Part shown: positions 28,746-32,807 of the stretch, piece after piece
Layout: every line of letters begins with the position of its first letter
How positions within the stretch are numbered: the first letter of the stretch is position 1
Assembly: GCA_030587475.2 (NCBI GenBank)
Contig: JAUQYZ020000139.1
Location: forward strand, 1 to 32,807
Origin: Candidatus Sigynarchaeum calidifontis
Lineage (GTDB): Archaea; Asgardarchaeota; Lokiarchaeia; Sigyniarchaeales; Sigyniarchaeaceae
Direction of reading: 5' to 3'
DNA length: 32,807 bases
Notes under the pieces: generated by a model
What the model was told of the DNA's origin: nothing
What the model saw: the letters and a program-made list of their open reading frames with translations, nothing else
Databases searched by the model: none
Position numbers and translations under genes: made by a program

Positions 28746-30812
28746 CTACGATTTGCAGCCGGGCTGCATCGGTGCGGGCGCGTCGGTGGATTTTGGGATC
28801 TCGTTGGGAGTCGTGCTGGCATTCGCGTTCCCGCCCTCCTTGAGGATGGCGTAAACCTTGCTCGCGAGCTGGGCATCGCGATAATACCGGAGCTCGATCG
28901 CTCGCGCGGGGCATGATGATACACAGACACCGCAGCCTTTGCAGCTGAGGTCGTTGACCTCTGCCACGTTAGTCTCCGGGTTCACGCGTATGGCATTATA
29001 ACTGCATGATTTTTCGCAGCGGTGGCATGCGATGCATCTGGCAGGATCGACGATGGCCGTGACGAGTTCCTTGGCAAAGATACCGGCAGTGACGATACTC
29101 GCGGCGTTCGCGGCGGCAGCCAGTGCCGACGAGACCGAGTATGGTATGTTCTTCGGCCCGGCAGCGCAGCCAGCGATGTAGATGCCGGGGTTTTTCGTTT
29201 CTTGCGGGCTTAGGCACTGGTGGGTTTCCTTGAGGAACCCTCCGGGAGACTTGTCCAGGCCCAGAACTGCTGCGATCTCGTTCGTTCCCGCGGAAGGGAT
29301 CATGCCGGCCGATAGGACGAGCATGTCAACGGAGATCTCTTGCACGGTACCCTCGAGCGTGTTCTCGAACGTCAATAAGATGTTGCCCGTCTTTGGATCC
29401 TCCTTGACATCACCCGGGATGCCTCGCACGAATAGCACGCCCTTCTCGCGGATGCGACGGTAGTATTCCTCGTTGAGCTTGTCCCAGCACCGCATGTCCA
29501 TGTAGAAAATCATGACATCGACGCCGTCGATTTCTTGCTTGAGCAACTGGGCGTTTTTCAGGGCGAGATTGCAACATACCGACGAGCAATACGCGTTGGC
29601 GTTTTCATGCATGCTCCGGGAGCCCACGCACTGGATCATCGCCACGCGCCGCGGGATCTTCTTGTCCGACACGCGAAGCACGTGCCCGTGCGTGGCACCG
29701 ACGGGCGAGAGCATGCGTTCGAGCTCCATCTGGGTGATGACATTCTGGAATCGCCCGTACCCGTAGGAACCGTGGACTTGCACGGGGTACTCGTCCCACC
29801 CAGTTGCAACGATAATGGCCCCCACGACGATGTCTTCTCGCGTTTCCTTGTCGTCGTAATTGACCGCGCCCCGCTGGCATGTCTTCGCGCATAGCCCGCA
29901 ACTCATGCATGCCTCCTTGTCGATCAAAGCAACCTTTGGCACGGCCTGGGAGAAGGGTATGTAGATCGCTTTTCGCATGCCGATGCCGCGATTGAATTCG
30001 TCGGGCACGTCGATGGGACACTTGGCGATGCATGCACCGCAACCCGTGCAGAGTTTCGGGTTCACGTAGCGGGGGTTTTGCTTGATCGTCACGGTATAGT
30101 TGCCCGTGATGCCGGACACGGCGGCCACCTCGGCTTTCGTGTAGAGCTTGATGTTGGGGTGCTTCGCGGCCTTCACCATGATGGGCGCGACGATTCAGAT
30201 GGCACAGTCATCCGTGGGAAACACGCGATCGAGCTGCGCCATGCGACCGCCGATGGTCGGCTCCTTCTCGACGAGATAAACCTTGATGCCCTGGTTCGCG
30301 AGGTTGATCGCCGCGTTCATGCCCGCGATGCCGGCACCGACGACGAGCACGGACCTGGTGACCGGGACCTCCTTGCGCGGCACGTCCTCGAGGGCCATCG
30401 CGCGATACACGCCACCCGCTACCAGGGCTTTTGCCTTCTCCGTTGCCTTGTCCTTGTCCTTGCTGTGCACGAAAGAGCAATGCTCCCGCAAGTTGACCAT
30501 CTCGAAAAAGTACGGGGAGATCCCCGCGTCGACGAGCAGCTCGCGATAGGTGGGCTCGTGGATCTTTGGCGTGCAAGCGGCAACCACTACCCGGTTCACG
30601 CCGAGTTCCTGGATGTCTCGTTTGATGATTTGCTGGCCGGGATCGGAACAGAAGAACGTGAACGTGCGCGCGACGAGCACGTGCGGCAGGGTCTCGGCAA
30701 AAGCCCTTACTTGCTCGGCATCGACGAATTGGCCAATGTTCACGCCTCATTGACACACGTATACGCCGATATTCACCGACTCCCTTGGTTTTTTGGTGGT
30801 CATATCACTCAT
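28746..30812 (-). CDS. hdrA: Heterodisulfide reductase subunit A, selenoprotein with two Sec (codons 22 and 206), 688 aa
   Basis: A single frame joins ORFs 30195..30743 and 28746..30179. It reads IGVYVCQ-U-GVNIG (TGA 30747..30749) and FPTDDCAI-U-IVAPIM (TGA 30195..30197), and contains GAGIAG, QCVGSR, YCSSVCC and ferredoxin motifs. Ends in TAG. Confidence 0.95.
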
Positions 30813-30819
30813 GATTGCT

Positions 30820-30846
30820 TCACTTAATTACCGGTGGATTAAGTGA
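30820..30846. promoter_or_regulatory. Perfect 9-bp inverted repeat immediately upstream of hdrA (operator or 5'-UTR hairpin)
   Basis: TCACTTAAT-N9-ATTAAGTGA, 7 nt from the hdrA ATG. Confidence 0.5.
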
Positions 30847-31123
30847 TGGCGAATGCTTGTTTCGGGTATCTCGTGCCTCCTATTCTCGTTCGACGTGCTT
30901 CCTCGGGCTTGCTAAAATTCCACGAGAAAGCGAGTTGGTTATGGATAAAGATTGGGGCTCTACTGATTTTAATGTTGACTTGCTGCCTTTATCTTGCCGT
31001 GAATTGAAAAAAAAGCGCCAATTTCTTGCGGTTTTGATCACGCGACGGCTCGTCGATCGCTAGAACCGCGCGAGACCCCCCGCATTGCATGGACGCGCGC
31101 GCCGTGCTAATGGCCTTGTGGAT

Positions 31124-31303
31124 TTACGACAAGATCGCGGCTCTCTTGAGCGCCACGGCGAGCTTCTTGGGATCCTTTCCCACTTGTTTTACAAGACGGG
31201 CGACCAGGATGCGGTTTTTCTTGGTCGTCTTCAGTCCGAGCTGTTCACACAAGCGCGATAGTGCCTCGTCCGAGAGGGCTGGTTCATCTGTGCTCGTGGC
31301 CAT
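31124..31303 (-). CDS. Small 59-aa basic helical hypothetical protein (not in ORF track)
   Basis: MATSTDEPALSDEALSRLCEQLGLKTTKKNRILVARLVKQVGKDPKKLAVALKRAAILS-TAA. ATG start, AT-rich upstream region, fills an otherwise empty gap. Confidence 0.65.
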   Translation of the reverse strand: MATSTDEPALSDEALSRLCEQLGLKTTKKNRILVARLVKQVGKDPKKLAVALKRAAILS

Positions 31304-31421
31304 TGTATGGGTGACTATTACTGGTGTTAAAAAAAACTAGCTGCACGGGTCGGCCATCGAGTCAAGCATAAATAGGAACACTCTCTTTCCCCAAATTGTT
31401 AGGACTCCCCGAGCGTGTCGC

Positions 31422-32375
31422 ATGGTGCTGCGTCGAATCATAGCCCGATCTCAGCATGGCGAGTCGATCTGCCTCGTCGACAAGGGCTTCAACGAGCTCC
31501 TTGACATTCACGACGATAATTACTCCGAGCTGTTTCATTTGCTCAGCGACGTGATCAAGGTGAGCATCGCGATCAACAGGGAGGATTTCGTCCCTGATGA
31601 CTTGCTTTCCGAGGCCGACATGTTCGTTATCGGGTGTCCGGCGCGTGCACGTCTCTCCAAGGATGATATCGAGACCATTGCCAAGTATGTTCGAGAAGGT
31701 GGCAATCTTCTCGTTATAACCGACGCTGGCGGGGACCTCGCCCACCAGACCAACTTGAACGACCTCGTGGCCGAATTCGGCATGGGGATCGAGTACACCA
31801 CCGTGCGTGACACGCGCAACGTCGGCTCCGCGGTCTCGCCCGTCATCGATAACATCAACGTCAGCCATTCGGCCAACAAGAACGTGATGCGGCTCGTGGT
31901 CGGTGGTGGCACGACGCTCTCCGTTGTTTGGCCGGCTGTTCCACTATTTTCCACGGGAAAAACCAGCGTTGTCGAGCAATATTCGCCCAACGAGAAACAT
32001 CCTTGGAAAATCGTGAAGATGGGCGAGAATTTCCCCATGGCCGCCGCGACATTGCATGGACAAGGCAAGGTGGTCGTGGTCGGGGACGTCGACATGTTTT
32101 CGAACGACGGCGAGTATGGCATCAATAGCCTGGATAATGGCATTTTCATCAAGAACATCTTCTCGTGGTTCTTGGCCCCGGTCGAAACGTCGACGGTCAT
32201 TGACTGGTTAATCGCCCGGTTGTCCAACTTGGAAGAAAAATTTACCGCGATGTCCAAGAAATGCGAAATCATCTCCGCCGAGAACGAAAAACTGAAACAA
32301 GTATTGAAGGAAATGCATGCGGTGCAAGGAAAATACGCGTTCGTGAACAGCGATTCGGACGAGAGCATGGAGTGA
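31422..32375 (+). CDS. GIFT/GldG/DUF4350-like (GATase-like fold) protein with a C-terminal coiled coil
   Basis: ADMFVIGCP, IAKYVREGGNLLVI, TNLNDLVAEFGM, GQGKVVVVGDVDMFSN..DN..FIKNIFSW, followed by heptad repeats. Confidence 0.75.
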   Translation: MVLRRIIARSQHGESICLVDKGFNELLDIHDDNYSELFHLLSDVIKVSIAINREDFVPDDLLSEADMFVIGCPARARLSKDDIETIAKYVREGGNLLVITDAGGDLAHQTNLNDLVAEFGMGIEYTTVRDTRNVGSAVSPVIDNINVSHSANKNVMRLVVGGGTTLSVVWPAVPLFSTGKTSVVEQYSPNEKHPWKIVKMGENFPMAAATLHGQGKVVVVGDVDMFSNDGEYGINSLDNGIFIKNIFSWFLAPVETSTVIDWLIARLSNLEEKFTAMSKKCEIISAENEKLKQVLKEMHAVQGKYAFVNSDSDESME

Positions 32376-32584
32376 TGGCTTGCATTTCACGATGCAAGCC
32401 CGTTTTTTATTGCATCCTATTTTCGCATCTCGCCAACAGAGCATGTTTTAATAGACCAAGTGGCGAACTAGCTTCATATAACACTTCATAAACTTGCACC
32501 CGGCGATACTCAGAGTGGTGACAAGAAACAGCGCCGATCGTGCATGGATTGGTCGAACGCTGAATACAATCAAACAAATTTGAC

Positions 32585-32807
32585 ATGATAACGATGTCAC
32601 GTGAATTGAAGCTTTTTGTCGAGACGAAAGAGAACGTCGGCGACGACATTTACATTTCAAGTATCAGTGCGGAGACATTGGGGATTCGTGATGGCGATCT
32701 CGTCCAGGTAAGCATTCCCGAGGAAAATTTCAGCACGACGCTCGTGGCGCACGTCAACGAGAGCCTGTTCGACTTCGTCGTCCAGATCGACGAGAACCTG
32801 CCGGAGA
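32585..32807 (+). CDS. Partial gene with a CDC48/VAT N-terminal (double-psi barrel)-like domain, probable AAA ATPase
   Basis: MITMSRELKLFVETKENVGDDIYISSISAETLGIRDGDLVQVSI...VVQIDE resembles the CDC48_N 'LGI..GD.V.V' motif. Open to the window end. Confidence 0.55.
   Translation, partial: MITMSRELKLFVETKENVGDDIYISSISAETLGIRDGDLVQVSIPEENFSTTLVAHVNESLFDFVVQIDENLPE

Noticed and set aside
28746-30812. hdrA as a split gene or pseudogene
   Set aside because: Both interruptions are TGA at conserved Cys sites with no frameshift, and a SECIS candidate is present. Sec recoding is the simpler explanation.
1-32807. CRISPR arrays, tRNA/rRNA genes, transposases or integrases
   Set aside because: No regularly spaced repeats, cloverleafs or recombinase motifs were seen by eye. 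A tRNAscan/Infernal run would be needed to exclude small RNAs.

Overview
Gene-dense archaeal chromosomal segment. An Asgard (Lokiarchaeia/Sigynarchaeota-like) origin is inferred from the lsm-rpl37e-cdc6 genes, a TPR-RING protein, longin/roadblock-like paralogs, a WD40 protein and a eukaryote-type SECIS candidate. The best-supported hidden feature is a minus-strand selenoprotein operon that the ORF track fragments: hdrA (28746..30812) has two in-frame TGA at conserved Cys positions, mvhD (28179..28658) has one, and an frhB/fdhB-like gene follows. A kink-turn SECIS-like hairpin (28145..28187) has a core UGA that is also the mvhD stop codon. Other notable items are a CHIP-like TPR+C4HC3-RING protein, a tandem pair of double longin/roadblock-like paralogs, a DUF2207-like membrane protein ending in a (Cys-Ala)n tail next to a papain-fold (C39/phytochelatin-synthase-like) protein, an orphan DNA methyltransferase preceded by a wHTH gene and nested palindromes, a cytoplasmic GIFT/IFT52-like protein upstream of a CDC48-N protein, and an unannotated 59-aa ORF. 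The rest is housekeeping metabolism. I found no rRNA, tRNA, CRISPR array or mobile element. All family calls come from reading motifs by eye; no database search was run.
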